Positions 1-10,071 of a stretch of DNA of 64,000 nucleotides are shown one piece after another. A model generated the notes under the pieces. That model had not been told where the DNA came from, did not search any database, and saw only the letters and a list, made by a program, of their open reading frames with translations. Location: positions 82,756 to 146,755 of the forward strand of contig DWWS01000013.1 of assembly GCA_019119595.1 (NCBI GenBank). The letters run 5' to 3'. The stretch is from Candidatus Eisenbergiella merdavium. GTDB taxonomy: Bacteria > Bacillota > Clostridia > Lachnospirales > Lachnospiraceae. Numbering within the stretch: the stretch's first letter is position 1; each line of letters starts with the position of its first letter. Made by a program: the position numbers and the translations under genes.

Positions 1-995
1 TAAACGGCGCTTCCTCCCATCGGGTGGAGCACTGGTTTTTCATGAGCCACGGCAAAGACTTTGACAGCGACATCAAAGATCCCATGCAGCGCGGCGATTT
101 TTACTGGCCTGCCATGCCGGAGCGGGATCATCATGATATTTTCAGCGAGCCCGCTCCCACGGAGGAATATCTGCAGGACTGGCTGACCAGAACCTGCGAG
201 ATCATCGACGAGTATCATCCGAAGCTCCTCTATTTTGACTGGTGGATCCAGCATCAGTCCGTGCGCCCTTATCTGAAAAAGCTGGCCGCCTACTACTACA
301 ACCGGGCGGAGGAATGGGGCGAGCAGGTGCTGATCAACTACAAGCACGACGCCTTCATGTTCGGCACGGCGGTGGTGGACATCGAAAGAGGCCAGTTCGC
401 GGACGTGAAGCCCTATTACTGGCAGACGGACACCTCCGTGGCGCTGAATTCCTGGTGTTATACGGAAGGCAATAACTATCGTCCGGCAGCCGACATCATC
501 TGCGACCTGGTGGATATCGTCAGCAAGAACGGAAACCTGCTTCTGAACATCGGGCCGAAGGCGGACGGAACCATCCCGGAGGAGGATGCGGCGATCCTCA
601 GAGAGATTGGCGCGTGGCTGAAGGTGAACGGCGAAGCCATCTACGATACCCATGTGTGGAGAAAATACGGCGAAGGCCCCACGCAGGTGACGGAAGGCCA
701 GTTCTCCGACGGCATCAAAAAGGAATTCACCTCCGACGACATCCGCTACACCATGAACGGCGATAAGCTCTACGCGATCGTGATGCGCTGTTCGCAGGAC
801 GGAAGTTATACCTTCCCCGCGCTTGGAAAGCAGGATGCGTCCCACAAGCCCAATTTTGCCGGAATCATCGGAAACGTTTCGGCGCTCGGCTTTGACGGCG
901 CCTGCGAATGGAGCCGGGATGAGGAAGGGCTTCATGTGAAGGCGGACGGCATGAAAACCGATAAGCCCGTGGTATTTAAGGTGGAGCTGTTATAA
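1..995 (+). CDS. Alpha-L-fucosidase (GH29), 5'-truncated by window edge
   Basis: Frame is open from position 3. Motifs LLYFDWW (nucleophile region) and LVDIVSKNGNLLLNIGPKADGTIP, then WLKVNGEAIY, are typical of GH29. Confidence 0.9.
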   Translation, partial: NGASSHRVEHWFFMSHGKDFDSDIKDPMQRGDFYWPAMPERDHHDIFSEPAPTEEYLQDWLTRTCEIIDEYHPKLLYFDWWIQHQSVRPYLKKLAAYYYNRAEEWGEQVLINYKHDAFMFGTAVVDIERGQFADVKPYYWQTDTSVALNSWCYTEGNNYRPAADIICDLVDIVSKNGNLLLNIGPKADGTIPEEDAAILREIGAWLKVNGEAIYDTHVWRKYGEGPTQVTEGQFSDGIKKEFTSDDIRYTMNGDKLYAIVMRCSQDGSYTFPALGKQDASHKPNFAGIIGNVSALGFDGACEWSRDEEGLHVKADGMKTDKPVVFKVELL

Positions 996-1138
996 AACGA
1001 AAGATCAGCGTTTGAAGCTGACAGGAAGTGAAAAAAATGCTTTGGCCCTGTTTTGTGTTTACCCGGAAACTAAGGCCAAAAGCCATTAAGGGCTTCCAAG
1101 GGCCTCTGCAGGCATGGTATGACTGCGTTCATATCATG

Positions 1139-1929
1139 TCAGCAGGAGCCCTTTCTGTATTTTGCGGGAGAAACCCCTGTTATTTTCTTAAACTGCCGGA
1201 AGAAATGCGTGCTGTTGGAATAGCCGCAGGCCTCCGCAATCTGCTCCGTGGAAAGGAAGGTGGTCGTAAGGAGCGTCTGTGCATGATCAATCCGCATCCG
1301 GATCAGATCGTTCTGAAAGGATATTCCGAAAAAACGAGAATAAAGATGCTGAAAATGAGAGACACTCATACAGAATTCCGCCGCATGGCCGCTGATGGTA
1401 TGCTTTTCGGACAGTGAATTCCGGATCTGCAGCCGAAGAAGGCGGAACTGCTGCAGATATGGGCTGAACGCCTCCCCATTTTCCCCGGAAGCAGAGAGAA
1501 CGGGTGTCAGATGATTCAGCAGTACATAAAAAAGCGCATTGATATTACCGGCAGAATGTGAGGGGGGGGGGTAAAATGAGAAGCGGAATGCTCCGTCAGA
1601 AGCTGCCGGATCAGGGTGGAGCAGGTTTCAAAATCATTTGGAAGAAATGGTGCATTGTATGCCAGGTGAGAGGGAAGAGGATCTCCCTTTTCCGGCAGAA
1701 AGCAGATCCAGTCGTCCCCGGTACAATCCTGGGGACAGGAAAAAAACCAAGGAGTCCCCGGTGTGATCAGGATACCGTATCCGGGTTTTACCGAATAGTC
1801 AGAATGATTGATTCTGTATTCTCCGCCGCTTCGCAGCAGATGAAGCATATAACAATCCAGGCCCTCCCGGCAGGAAAACGGGAAGGCCTTTTCATTTGTT
1901 CTAATGTGACCGCCTTGCTGTATGTTCAT
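1139..1929 (-). pseudogene. AraC-family regulator split by a frameshift at a G10/C10 tract
   Basis: N-terminal cupin-like part is 1516..1929 and the HTH part is 1139..1369 (IAEACGYSNSTHFFRQFKKITGVSP). The HTH frame stays open back to the homopolymer at 1562-1571. C11 or C8 would give one ORF of about 263 aa. Confidence 0.85.
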
Positions 1930-2149
1930 GCTTTCCCCTGTACGTCTCCTGAAAAATGAATCGGTATTTTGCAGGATTTGTAAGTTTTTTTGCTCTATAT
2001 GTTATTATAAAGAAATTTAAGATAATGTACTATAGTGAATGTAAACAAAAATTTCCAAAATCTTCCAAAATATGCAGCGATATATCCAATAAAAGGGGAA
2101 CGATATATGCTGTAAGGAGAAAAATGGATGTGAGGAAAAGGAGGGTATC

Positions 2150-3850
2150 ATGAGAAGGAAATGGTTAAAAGTCACAAGTATTATGACTGTGGCTGCAATG
2201 CTTCTGGCAGGCTGCGGCTCACAGACAACAACAACGGATACAGGGGCAGATGCGCCCGCTTCCACAGAGGCCGCTTCAGGGGGAGGCGATACGGAAGCTG
2301 CGGCAGCGGCGGAACCGGGAAGCGTTACTTATCCGTTAAGTACCGACCTTACGGTTTCCTGGTATGCACAGGATAATATCCTGCCGCACGAAAAGTTTGC
2401 GGACGCTTCTGAGTCGCCGTTCCATATAGGCCTGGCTGAAAAGCTCGGTGTGACGATCGACTGGTCGTTCCCGACAACAGGCTCTGACGGCAATACCTAT
2501 ACATCGACAATGCTGGCGGATCCGGCCAGCCTGCCCAATATTATGCAGGTGTACTGGATGAATAATGCAAACCAGTACCTGGATGATGAGATCATATGGG
2601 ATCTGACAGATTATATACAGCAGTATGCGCCTGATTACTATGCATTCCTGCAAAGCAACCCTGCTTACGACAGGGCGATGAAGACGGACGACGGACGTTA
2701 TTATGCATTTGGATTCTTCCGTGAGGACGGCGGCTGGAACGATTCCTACCAGGGACCTGTGGTGCGTCAGGACTGGCTGGATGAATGCGGACTGGAAGTA
2801 CCGAAGACCATTTCCGAATTTGAAAATGTGATCAGGGTATTCAATGAAAAATACGGAGCAACCTTCAATTCGGCATACTCCATCCGCTTTAAGGCGAACG
2901 GACTTTCCGGCGCGTTTGGCGCATACGGCACTGCGGATGCGTCAGCAAGCAACGGCTGGTTTGTAAAGGATGGCGTGGTTGGACTTGCCGCGGCGCAGCC
3001 GGAATGGCGTGAATATGTGAGCTGGCTGAACAGACTGTGGGAAGAGGGGCTGATCGATCAGGACATGCTGACAGAGGACGATACCACCATTAAGGATAAG
3101 ATCCATAATGATAAGTGCGGTATCTCCCTTACCTCCATGGGGCAGCTGAACAACTGGAACTCTGAGCGTGAAGCGTCCGGTAAGGAAAGAGTATGGGTAG
3201 GAATCCCTTATCCGACCGGAGACGACGGCACCCTGTCCTCCATCTTCGGCGGGCCTGGCATCGGAACCCAGACGGCGGTTATTACTACGACGGCTGACGA
3301 GGAAACCATGAAGCTCTGCCTGCAGATGCTGAATTACGCTTATACGGAAGAAGGCAATCTGTACTGGAACTACGGTGAAGAAGGGGTATCCTGGGAATAC
3401 AACGAGGAAGGCGTCCCCACCTTTACCAGTCTTGTCAAGGACGATCAGGATGTTGACCCGATGACAAAATACGGCGGAGCTACCTGGGGAAGCTCCTGTA
3501 TCCAGGAAACCAACCTGCTGTATGAGAAGAACGGCGAAGATGCCATCGCGGCAAATGATACATGGTACTATATCTATCCTGATGACGAGGAAAAGAACCT
3601 GGCAGTGACCAGCGGCTGGAAATGGCCGGTCGGAGCTACCTATACCACGGAGGAATCGGATGAGATGGACGAGATCGGACAGAACATTACGACCTATGTG
3701 GATGAAAGCTTTGCGGCATTCCTGAACGGTTCCAAGGATATCGACGATGATGCTGTCTGGGAGCAGTATCTTGCCGATCTGGAAACCTACAACTTATCCC
3801 GTATTCTCGAGATTCGTCAGGCCTGCTATGACCGGTATGCGGCACGTTAA
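2150..3850 (+). CDS. Carbohydrate ABC transporter solute-binding lipoprotein
   Basis: Lipobox LLAGC, RQDWLDECGLEVPKT motif, RBS aggagg; upstream of two permeases. Confidence 0.9.
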   Translation: MRRKWLKVTSIMTVAAMLLAGCGSQTTTTDTGADAPASTEAASGGGDTEAAAAAEPGSVTYPLSTDLTVSWYAQDNILPHEKFADASESPFHIGLAEKLGVTIDWSFPTTGSDGNTYTSTMLADPASLPNIMQVYWMNNANQYLDDEIIWDLTDYIQQYAPDYYAFLQSNPAYDRAMKTDDGRYYAFGFFREDGGWNDSYQGPVVRQDWLDECGLEVPKTISEFENVIRVFNEKYGATFNSAYSIRFKANGLSGAFGAYGTADASASNGWFVKDGVVGLAAAQPEWREYVSWLNRLWEEGLIDQDMLTEDDTTIKDKIHNDKCGISLTSMGQLNNWNSEREASGKERVWVGIPYPTGDDGTLSSIFGGPGIGTQTAVITTTADEETMKLCLQMLNYAYTEEGNLYWNYGEEGVSWEYNEEGVPTFTSLVKDDQDVDPMTKYGGATWGSSCIQETNLLYEKNGEDAIAANDTWYYIYPDDEEKNLAVTSGWKWPVGATYTTEESDEMDEIGQNITTYVDESFAAFLNGSKDIDDDAVWEQYLADLETYNLSRILEIRQACYDRYAAR

Positions 3851-3869
3851 TTAAAACGGAACGGTTTAT

Positions 3870-3907
3870 GGACAGCAGCGGGAGATGCATTTCTTCCGCT
3901 GCTGTCC
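3870..3907 (+). terminator. Stem-loop after SBP gene (mRNA stabiliser or partial terminator)
   Basis: ggacagcagcgg...ccgctgctgtcc inverted repeat. Confidence 0.6.
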
Positions 3908-4030
3908 GGCGTTAGAGAGGCGGCTGCGCTGCCGGAGCCTTCCCATGATATGGCTTCGACGACAGCCGGCGCCTGTGACCCGGTTGGAGGCCGGAAAAGA
4001 AAGCCAGGATATTTTTATTGGAGGACGGAT

Positions 4031-5020
4031 ATGAAAGCGGACGCTGTAAGCACAAAAAATATTGAAAATCCCGGGAAAAGCAGCCAAAACAGCACACTTG
4101 CAAAACGGCTTCGCCGGGACTGGAACCTCAACAAATGGAAATACATCATGATCACTCCGGTGCTCATTTATCTGATTCTGTTTTGCTATAAGCCGATGTA
4201 CGGACTGGTCATTGCCTTTAAGGATTATAAGATTACAAGAGGAATTGCCGGTTCCTCCTGGGCCGATCCCTGGTTCAAGTGGTTCCTGAACTTCATTACG
4301 GATCCTTATTTCCCCCGGGTGATCAAAAATACCTTTCTGATCAGCGGTCTTACGATCCTGTTCGGATTCCCAACGCCGATCCTGCTGGCTCTCCTGATCA
4401 ATGAGGTAAGGAATAAGGCGTTTAAACGGACGGTGCAGACGATCACCTATATGCCGTATTTCATTTCCACGGTGGTTATGTGCGGTATCATCAAGGTTTT
4501 CTGCATGCAGGATGGTCTTTTTGCACAGATAGCTGTGGCGCTGGGAGGCACAGCGGAAAATTATCTGGCAAATCCGCAGTATTTCAGGACTGTCTATGTG
4601 TTATCGGATATCTGGCAGAAGATTGGCTGGGATTCCATTATCTATCTGGCGGCTCTTTCCGCCATTGATCAGGAGCAGTATGAAGCGGCCCGTGTGGACG
4701 GAGCAAACCGGTTCCAGCAGATGCTTCATATCACGCTGCCCGGCCTGATTCCCACTATCATGATCCTTTTCATCCTGCGGATGGGAAATATGCTGAACGT
4801 GGGCTATGAGAAGATCCTGCTTCTGTATAACGCGACGACCTACGAGGTGGCGGACGTTATTTCTACCTATACCTACCGTCTGTCTTTCCCCACCAGCGGA
4901 GGCTCGCCCATGTATTCCAAGTCAACCGCCATCGGACTGTTTAATACGCTGGTAAATGTGGTGTTCCTTGTGGTTACGAACGCGATCAGCAAGAGGGCTA
5001 CGGAATCCAGTCTGTTCTGA
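4031..5020 (+). CDS. Sugar ABC transporter permease
   Basis: EAA loop YEAARVDGANRFQQ. ATG 4031 follows a ggagg RBS. Confidence 0.92.
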   Translation: MKADAVSTKNIENPGKSSQNSTLAKRLRRDWNLNKWKYIMITPVLIYLILFCYKPMYGLVIAFKDYKITRGIAGSSWADPWFKWFLNFITDPYFPRVIKNTFLISGLTILFGFPTPILLALLINEVRNKAFKRTVQTITYMPYFISTVVMCGIIKVFCMQDGLFAQIAVALGGTAENYLANPQYFRTVYVLSDIWQKIGWDSIIYLAALSAIDQEQYEAARVDGANRFQQMLHITLPGLIPTIMILFILRMGNMLNVGYEKILLLYNATTYEVADVISTYTYRLSFPTSGGSPMYSKSTAIGLFNTLVNVVFLVVTNAISKRATESSLF

Positions 5021-5039
5021 AAAGGGAGGAAATACTGTC

Positions 5040-5939
5040 ATGAAAAAAAGTCATTCCACAAAGGTAAAAGAATCCCGCGGGGACAGAATATTTTCCTGGG
5101 TGAACGGGGTGATTCTGATTCTTTTGTGCATCATTACGCTGTATCCGATCTGGTATGTGCTGTGCGCCTCTTTTACTTCCAACACATATCTGGTTTCCCA
5201 TCCGGGACTGCTGCTGTGGCCGCATGAATTTACAACAGGAGCATACGGGCTTGCCCTGACTCATCCGCTTCTGCTTTCCGGATACAAAAATATCCTGATC
5301 GTGCTGGTCGTATCCCTGCCCGTGAATATCCTTCTGACCCTTTTTACAGGATATTTCCTTGCATCCAAAAAGATGATGTTCAAGCCGCTGATACAGTTCC
5401 TGATCCTGTTTACGATGTTTTTCTCAGGCGGTATGATTCCGGCCTATCTGAACATCCGTGATCTTGGCCTGTATAATTCCCTGTGGGCGCTGATCCTTCC
5501 CGGGGCGCTGAGCGTGTATAATTCCATCATCTGCAAAACGGCAATTGAGGGTCTTCCGGATTCCCTGAAGGAGTCAGCATACATAGACGGAGCGAACGAC
5601 CTCATTATCCTGTTTAAAATCGTAGCTCCGCTGATCAAGCCCACGCTGGCCGTACTGCTTCTGTACTACGGAGTAGGCCACTGGAATTCCTGGTTCAACG
5701 CTTCCATCTATCTGAAAGATAATGACAAGCTGCCGATCCAGAACATCATGAGAGCAATCCTGATCGCCAATTCCAACGTGCTGAATTCGGCGGCGGCAGA
5801 GAACGATCAGGTTAATCAGTTCGCGGAAGCAATCAAGTATTCCACCATCGTTTTAACCACTGTTCCCGTTCTGTGCATCTATCCTTTTGTACAGAAATAT
5901 TTTGTTAAAGGCGTTATGATCGGCGCAGTGAAGGGATGA
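5040..5939 (+). CDS. Sugar ABC transporter permease
   Basis: ESAYIDGAN loop and C-terminal FVQKYFVKGVMIGAVKG. Confidence 0.92.
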   Translation: MKKSHSTKVKESRGDRIFSWVNGVILILLCIITLYPIWYVLCASFTSNTYLVSHPGLLLWPHEFTTGAYGLALTHPLLLSGYKNILIVLVVSLPVNILLTLFTGYFLASKKMMFKPLIQFLILFTMFFSGGMIPAYLNIRDLGLYNSLWALILPGALSVYNSIICKTAIEGLPDSLKESAYIDGANDLIILFKIVAPLIKPTLAVLLLYYGVGHWNSWFNASIYLKDNDKLPIQNIMRAILIANSNVLNSAAAENDQVNQFAEAIKYSTIVLTTVPVLCIYPFVQKYFVKGVMIGAVKG

Positions 5940-6026
5940 TATGTGTGAGAAAAGGCCGTCCGGAGAAAGATAATCTGGATGGCCTGTTTCTTTTGTGATA
6001 AAGTAAAGATATGACCTGGTACGGAG

Positions 6027-7406
6027 GTGGAAATGAGAGACTTTTTAAGACAGGCCGCGGCTGTGGCGCCGGATCAGAGGCAGCTTGCGTGGTTTGAGAC
6101 GGGTTTTTACGCATTCATCCATTTTGGCGTAAACACATTTACGGATCGGGAATGGGGGACCGGCCGGGAGTCTGAGCTGATCTTTGATCCGCAAAAGCTG
6201 GACTGCGATCAGTGGGTGGATACCATCCGGAATGCCGGGATGAAGGGAATGGTGCTCACGGCAAAGCACCATGACGGCTTCTGCCTGTGGCCCTCACGCT
6301 ATACGGAGCACAGTGTGAAATATTCCCCGTGCAGACGAAACATCGTAAAGGAGGCGGCGGATGCCTGCCGGAGGGGCGGGATCAAATTCGGATTCTACCT
6401 GTCCCCATGGGACCGTAACAGCGCATTGTACGGAACGGACGCTTATAACGATTACTTCAAAAATCAGTTAAAGGAGCTTCTGACGGAATACGGGGACGTC
6501 TTTTATGTATGGTTTGACAATGCCTGCGGAGAGGGACCGAATGGGAAAAAACAGGTATACGATTTCCCGGCATATTTTGAGCTGATCCGGAAGTATCAGC
6601 CCGGAGCCGTGATCTTCAATGATTTCGGGCCGGATATCAGATGGTGCGGGAATGAGGCCGGGACGGCGCGCCATGCGGAATGGGCGGTCGTTCCGTCGGA
6701 GCTGTGCTTTTACGGCAGGAAGCAGACCGGGCCGGGGCCGCTGGCGCAGGAGGGAGAGCTTTCTTTTCTGTACAACACCTGCCAGAATCTGGGAACGCTG
6801 GATAATATCCTGTACTCTGACGGACTTGTTTTCGCGCCGGCGGAGATTGATATGTCCATCCGGCCCGGCTGGTTCTGGCATGAAAAGGAACAGCCCCACA
6901 GCCTGAAGCGTCTGTTCGACGTATATCTGCATTCCGTGGGGGCGAACTGCTGTCTGAATCTGAACCTTCCCCCAAATCGGGACGGGCTGATCGACGAACG
7001 GGATGTAAAGCGGCTTGCGGAGCTGAGAGCGCTTCTGGACCGGGAGCTTGGAACGGAGATTCCCGTCCGCGTGAAAAAGCTGGACGGCGGCTTTCCCACA
7101 CAGCCGGCCTATGAGATCGCGTTCGACCGGGCGAGAAATGATTTCAGATACGTTGTGCTGCGGGAGGACATTGCCAGGGGGCAGAGGGTGGAGAGCTTCC
7201 AGATCACGGCGGAAGCGGCGGACGGGAGCCGTTATCCGTTCTACCAGGGGACGACGATCGGCAACCGGAAGATCTGCCAGCTGGCCGATCCCTTCGCCGG
7301 GCAGAATCCCCTGACGAAGACCCTGGAATATGGGGCGAAACGGCTGATCCTTCGTATCACCTCGGCCAGAGACGAGGTATTCCTGAAGGAAACCAAGGTA
7401 TATTGA
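6027..7406 (+). CDS. Alpha-L-fucosidase (GH29)
   Basis: FIHFGVNTFTDREWG, TAKHHDGFCLWPS, YLSPWDRN, VWFDNAC, SIRPGWFWH. Confidence 0.92.
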   Translation: MEMRDFLRQAAAVAPDQRQLAWFETGFYAFIHFGVNTFTDREWGTGRESELIFDPQKLDCDQWVDTIRNAGMKGMVLTAKHHDGFCLWPSRYTEHSVKYSPCRRNIVKEAADACRRGGIKFGFYLSPWDRNSALYGTDAYNDYFKNQLKELLTEYGDVFYVWFDNACGEGPNGKKQVYDFPAYFELIRKYQPGAVIFNDFGPDIRWCGNEAGTARHAEWAVVPSELCFYGRKQTGPGPLAQEGELSFLYNTCQNLGTLDNILYSDGLVFAPAEIDMSIRPGWFWHEKEQPHSLKRLFDVYLHSVGANCCLNLNLPPNRDGLIDERDVKRLAELRALLDRELGTEIPVRVKKLDGGFPTQPAYEIAFDRARNDFRYVVLREDIARGQRVESFQITAEAADGSRYPFYQGTTIGNRKICQLADPFAGQNPLTKTLEYGAKRLILRITSARDEVFLKETKVY

Positions 7407-7417
7407 GGTACATCATC

Positions 7418-7963
7418 ATGCTTTACGAAAAGAAGAAAATAACGCTGAAGGACGGCCGTGAGGCTGTTTTAAAAGCGCCTGACCCTTCGGAAGCTGCCGC
7501 CATGCTGCGTTTTGTGAAAACGCTTGCGTCCGAAACGGAGTTTATTCTGCGATATCCGGAGGAATGTACGGAAACAGATGAGCAGGAGGCGGCATTTTTG
7601 GAAAGCGTTAACCAGTCCCCGACGGATCTGATGATCGTCTGCACGGTGGATGGCGAAATTGCCGGAAACTGCCAGATCAGCTTTCAGAAAAGGCTGAAAA
7701 TAGCGCATCGGGCGGAGATCGCGATCGGGGTTCTGCAAAAATACTGGGGGCTCGGCATTGGGACGGCATTGCTTGCGGAGCTGGAACGGGCCGCGGAACG
7801 GAAAGGAATTTTGCAGCTTGAGCTGGAATACATCGAAGGCAACGAACGGGGGAAGGCTCTGTATGAAAAGACCGGCTTTGTGCCGGTGGGGGAGCGTCCC
7901 GACGCGATCCGGCTGAGGGACGGCAGCATGAGAAATATCATCATGATGATAAAAAGGAGGTAA
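7418..7963 (+). CDS. GNAT family N-acetyltransferase
   Basis: Acetyl-CoA motif YWGLGIGTALL and NERGKALYEKTGF. Confidence 0.88.
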   Translation: MLYEKKKITLKDGREAVLKAPDPSEAAAMLRFVKTLASETEFILRYPEECTETDEQEAAFLESVNQSPTDLMIVCTVDGEIAGNCQISFQKRLKIAHRAEIAIGVLQKYWGLGIGTALLAELERAAERKGILQLELEYIEGNERGKALYEKTGFVPVGERPDAIRLRDGSMRNIIMMIKRR

Positions 7964-7969
7964 AAATAT

Positions 7970-9787
7970 ATGAGAACATGTCAGATGCTGTATCCGGCAG
8001 AATCGTCCTCCAGGCGTGCGGTGAGCATGGACGGGATGTGGAAATTTTCCCTGGATGAAAGGCAGGAGGGGGAGAAGAACGGATGGAAAAACGGGGTGCC
8101 AGGAAGGGAAATGATCCCGGTTCCGGCTAGCTTCCAGGACTTCTATACGGACAAGGATACGAGGGAGTATACAGGAGATGTGTGGTATGAGACGGATTTC
8201 TTCGTCCCCGGAGAGTGGGAGGGGATGGAGGTCGGCATCCGCTTCGGCTGCGCCACCCACTGCGCGCAGGTGTATGTGAACGGGAAAGAGGCGGCATATC
8301 ATGAAGGAGGATTCCTGCCGTTTCTGGTTCCGGTTACGGAGCTGGTTGCGTACAACGCGTTCAATAAGGTGGTGGTTCGGGTCAACAACGAGCTGAGCGA
8401 GACCCGCATCCCCTGCGGCGCGGTGAAGGTCCTAAAAAACGGGAAAAAAATGTCAAAGCCCTACTTTGATTTTTACAATTATTCCGGACTTCAGCGGCCG
8501 GTGAAGCTGGTCGCTTTCCCCAGGGAGCACGTGGAGGATTATTCCGTGCGCTTCGAGCTGGACGGAGCGGACGCGCTGGTTCATTATACGGTGGAGACCA
8601 CGGGAGAGCATCCGGTGTCCGTGGAGCTGTATGACGAGGAGCAGAAGCTTGCGGCAAGCGCCAGCGGGAAGGAAGGCACTCTTCATGTGGCAGACGCGCA
8701 CAGGTGGGATGTGGGCGACGGATATCTGTACGAATTCCGTATCCGGATCGCGGACGGAGAGAAGCTGATCGACGAGTATGCCGACCGGATCGGCATACGC
8801 ACCGTAGAGATCGCGGGAAGGAACATCCTGTTAAATGGCCGTCCGGTCTATCTGAAGGGCTTCGGAAAGCATGAGGACAGCGACATTGCGGGAAGAGGCT
8901 TCAATATCAATGTGATGAAGCGGGATTTTGAGTGCATGAAATGGATCGGGGCAAACTGCTTCCGCACCTCCCATTATCCCTACAGCGAGGAAATTTACCG
9001 GATGGCGGACAGGGAAGGGATCCTGATCATTGACGAGGTGGCCGCGGTGGGCATGTTCCGCAGCCTGATGAATTTTGCGGAAGCCTCTTCCGGGAAGCAG
9101 ACCTCCTTTTTTACTTCCCCCACCATCCCGCAGCTTCTGGCCCACCATCTGCAGTGCGTGGAGGACATGATCTGCCGGGACAAGAACCATCCCAGCGTGA
9201 TCGCCTGGAGTCTGTTCAACGAGCCGGAGACGACGGACGTCTCATCCACCGCCTATTTTGAAAAAATATTTGAAAAGGCAGCAGAGGTCGATCCGCAGAA
9301 GCGGCCCAGAACCTTTGCCATGATCGGCAATTCCGGCCCGGATACCTGCAAATGCCAGCACCTGTGCGACTTCCTTTCCCTGAACCGCTATTACGGCTGG
9401 TACCTGCTCGGCGGCTACGAGCTCTCCGACGCGGAGGAGGCCTTCCGGCAGGAAATGGACGGCTGGGTGAAGAAGAGCCCGGAGCGGCCGCTCATTTTCA
9501 CGGAATACGGCGCGGATACCAGTGCGGCGGAGCACAAGCTTCCTTCCGTCATGTGGAGCCAGGAATACCAGGAGGAATATCTGGAAATGAGCCACAGGGT
9601 CTTCGACTCCTACGATTTCGTGGCCGGGGAGCTGGTGTGGAATTTCGCGGACTTCCAGACCACGGAAGGCATCATGCGCGTGAACGGAAACAAGAAAGGG
9701 ATCTTCACCAGACAGCGCCAGCCCAAGGCGGCGGCCTGGTACTTTAAGAAGCGCTGGGAGAGCCTTCCGAGGGATTATAAGGGGTGA
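7970..9787 (+). CDS. uidA: Beta-glucuronidase (GH2), probable Loop 1 class
   Basis: GFGKHED, RTSHYPY, WSLFNEP (acid/base), NRYYGWY, TEYGAD (nucleophile), WNFADF and the GUS-specific GNKKG motif. Confidence 0.88.
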   Translation: MRTCQMLYPAESSSRRAVSMDGMWKFSLDERQEGEKNGWKNGVPGREMIPVPASFQDFYTDKDTREYTGDVWYETDFFVPGEWEGMEVGIRFGCATHCAQVYVNGKEAAYHEGGFLPFLVPVTELVAYNAFNKVVVRVNNELSETRIPCGAVKVLKNGKKMSKPYFDFYNYSGLQRPVKLVAFPREHVEDYSVRFELDGADALVHYTVETTGEHPVSVELYDEEQKLAASASGKEGTLHVADAHRWDVGDGYLYEFRIRIADGEKLIDEYADRIGIRTVEIAGRNILLNGRPVYLKGFGKHEDSDIAGRGFNINVMKRDFECMKWIGANCFRTSHYPYSEEIYRMADREGILIIDEVAAVGMFRSLMNFAEASSGKQTSFFTSPTIPQLLAHHLQCVEDMICRDKNHPSVIAWSLFNEPETTDVSSTAYFEKIFEKAAEVDPQKRPRTFAMIGNSGPDTCKCQHLCDFLSLNRYYGWYLLGGYELSDAEEAFRQEMDGWVKKSPERPLIFTEYGADTSAAEHKLPSVMWSQEYQEEYLEMSHRVFDSYDFVAGELVWNFADFQTTEGIMRVNGNKKGIFTRQRQPKAAAWYFKKRWESLPRDYKG

Positions 9788-10071
9788 GGGGAGAAGGGAA
9801 ACAATTCTTCTGAAAAAGGGAAACAATTCTCCTGAAAGGAAAAAGCGAAAGGCCTTTCTGGCCTTTCGCTGCGGCTCCTGTCACTTGTCGCCGTAATGCT
9901 TTGCCCGGAGTGTTCCGGGCATTTTTGCGCCTTTTTTTGAAAGCTTCCGGCCGGGAGACATTCCGGCCGAAAGCAGTTTCCGGAACGGATCAGCTTTCGG
10001 AATGGACATTGCATTTTCCTTCCCTTTTCAATACAATAGATTTACAGTAAAGGAAAGGAAAAAGTGAAGCC

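Noticed and set aside
1028-1417. 129-aa + strand ORF
   Set aside because: Antisense to the AraC HTH region and overlaps a terminator-like hairpin.
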